This document shows positions 24,801 through 25,717 of a stretch of 25,717 bases of DNA, piece by piece. This DNA is from a virus (Duplodnaviria; Caudoviricetes), in the IMG/VR virus record IMGVR_UViG_3300025128_000293, positions 1 through 25,717 of that record, one strand, 5' to 3'. The position numbers were made by a program, and so were the translations under genes. How positions within the stretch are numbered: position 1 is the first letter of the stretch; each line of letters begins with the position of its first letter. Under the pieces are notes generated by a model, which did not search any database, was not told where the DNA came from, and saw only the letters and a program-made list of their open reading frames with translations.

Positions 24801-25717
24801 TAAGTTTCCTTTACTTGGTAACTTCGTAGCTTTTATATCTGAGATGTATCGTAATTCTTTTCAAATATTAAGAAGAGGATTAAGAGAAGCTAGATCTACA
24901 AATCCTTATTTACAACAAATAGGAACAAGAAGATTAATAGGTTACACAGGAACAGTGGGAGCCACACTTCCATTTGCTAAAAAGATGGGTCAATTATCAA
25001 CAGAGATAAGTGATGAGATATTAGATGCATACGCAAATAGATTTGCTCCAGAGTTTGAAAAAGGACATACAATGGTTCCTGTTCAAGCACAACAAGATGA
25101 TCACTCTTGGAAGTCAACAGACATGTCCACAATGGTTCCTTTTGCTGATGTGTTGACCCCTTTCAAAGCAGCAATGCAAGAGATAATTACAGGTAAAAAC
25201 ACAGATCAAAGTGCCATTAATTTATACACAAAAGGTATACAGGTGTATTTAAAGAAAACTTTAGAGCCGTTCTTGGCTCCTGCTATTTGGGCAGAAACAG
25301 CATTAGAGTTAGTGCCAAATGAGAATGGGCAGTTTAGAACTAAAGCAGGTGGTTTGATAGCTGATATTAAGAATGATCCTGATTGGATTAATAAAGTTAT
25401 GTACCACTCTTATAAAAAATTAACACCAACAACAATAAGAAGTGGTGAAGAAGTTGCACAAGCTATTGGTGGTGACCTATCTAAGTCTGGTACGAAAAGA
25501 GATTTATATGACACCGTGTTAAAAATTGTATCTGGTTTTGGAATTAGAAAACAAGATCCATACCAGGCTATGAGATTTAAACTTGGTAAATATTCAAAAG
25601 AGTTGGGTAATGCTAAAGCAGCCTTTACTACAGACATAACTGATGCAAGGAACATACAAAAAGACGTAAGGTTAGTTGAGAGAAACTTACCGCCAGAATT
25701 TTTTGCAAAAGAATTTG
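21805..25717 (+). CDS. Very large internal virion/core (ejection-type) protein, 3'-truncated by window (>1300 aa)
   Basis: SD AGGAG (21796-21800), ATG 21805 (MAEYQSAPFLKQARG...). Frame 1 was open in the segments I translated, including the last line, and no closed plus-strand ORF is listed here in the track. Contains 'LRNKLKFGAEG', 'KTVLSLMTQMRN', 'YQMGDNLWK', 'GNFVAFISEMYRN'. Confidence 0.8.
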   Translation, partial: MAEYQSAPFLKQARGKDPDDRNLFEKIAVGIYGKEDPSLQLGNDLILDEDLESIIKDLPGEAQDDVARYKNIFKETPIVLENFLNEYKDKGFSDYIEKGTFYKDDIKLADKDQLRYQDYSFLGKGSYDALYRKDKAGDEARQKIVESIPGQIAIGPTVGLATAIKGTAELIASLSDLYLDTEILDNVERALADVDINKIYDGDAGTLARFTSLLTQYGTGFAVAQKIVKKVAGKAIKTKLAQKSAAALAQAPKAEGVAKFAGYWMLPAAIADTTVSTSDQQSIGEIFGKEDGNPFQNFLYNTSLENLEGLTGKERAAALLRNKLKFGAEGTAFMGALKLGPMIIKGGAKVTGVALEKVVGPAITGTAKVIQPVVTAASKGLAKGIDKTTNKIGIPKYEYWKFNDFQSGLKSSVLRGLDEFTSRFRSGGKFDVQTRNELKRVDGLTRSAKKDFDIFAKKLDQEMYKLVDAGLGDILFSKATSLRAMSYWDDVLKFMRGELQLKQLPKPLREYSQVIKKLVDNQQEKLKPILKEMDVKDVTMKSMNRYFKTSYEIFKNAKFRAPKEDYQAAINYFVTLMKRANKPIPGVTKGTSLYNETVKKDAIQLVNKVLAKGREEGSTPAARLKAIVNMMEGENIPKNTFAKFFSKEELLPDTIAKLLGRVDDPKSIILNTIAEQAHIVSNYNAYKEIADFGLGKFLFRSNNEYKQFLIKNGIQAARTLSPVKLSKPYNIDFNKIFKNPDGSDLLTLPEMAKSLKDTTVFMDQVLKLPLMKSLLGIKATIQMNKTVLSLMTQMRNITTAAMFATANGHIGAGASVSDNFKYLFDDLIGKTKNPKDLQKLLKEAADNGAIDSSTIAQELEQMIPELMGSAKLPTVGKQGARFSTLYEGKTSDEIFSYLFTNKGALGKVVQKAIESYQMGDNLWKLYGYQFTKSQLNAALKNINDVKKYFREVEGYEFRPIAADGSRKTLQDAIKEIAGIQVRDVYPNYSMIPTFVLNTRKFPLLGNFVAFISEMYRNSFQILRRGLREARSTNPYLQQIGTRRLIGYTGTVGATLPFAKKMGQLSTEISDEILDAYANRFAPEFEKGHTMVPVQAQQDDHSWKSTDMSTMVPFADVLTPFKAAMQEIITGKNTDQSAINLYTKGIQVYLKKTLEPFLAPAIWAETALELVPNENGQFRTKAGGLIADIKNDPDWINKVMYHSYKKLTPTTIRSGEEVAQAIGGDLSKSGTKRDLYDTVLKIVSGFGIRKQDPYQAMRFKLGKYSKELGNAKAAFTTDITDARNIQKDVRLVERNLPPEFFAKEF

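Noticed and set aside
853-25655. Other short minus-strand and alternate-frame ORFs in the track (e.g. 853-1035, 3427-3627, 5862-6143, 8996-9265, 11299-11613, 15827-16201, 18334-18615, 22022-25655 group)
   Set aside because: All overlap well-supported plus-strand genes in a tightly coupled unidirectional operon and lack recognisable motifs.

Overview
AT-rich, all-plus-strand virion morphogenesis region of a marine short-tailed (podovirus-type) dsDNA phage. By gene style it resembles pelagiphage / uncultured marine (uvMED-type) genomes; this assignment is from recalled similarity, not a search. Order: 3' end of the major capsid gene and its terminator; two small overlapping ORFs; a sigma70-like promoter and a structured leader RNA; small structural and head-tail/tail genes; a tail fibre; three paralogous Kelch-like beta-propeller proteins (five propellers in total) with one small gene among them; a separately promoted cassette of one coiled-coil gene plus four tandem 2OG-Fe(II) dioxygenases; a large tail tube/nozzle-like protein; internal virion/ejection-type proteins; and a >1300-codon ORF running off the window end. 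Five ORFs are missing from the supplied track (3..179, 2992..3120, 17875..18039, 18380..18550, 21805..>25717). The best candidate for a new system is the Pro-rich propeller array next to the four-dioxygenase cassette, a possible virion-protein modification module. Second is a pseudoknot/switch-like leader that can mask a Shine-Dalgarno site. No tRNA, rRNA, CRISPR, integrase or transposase was seen.
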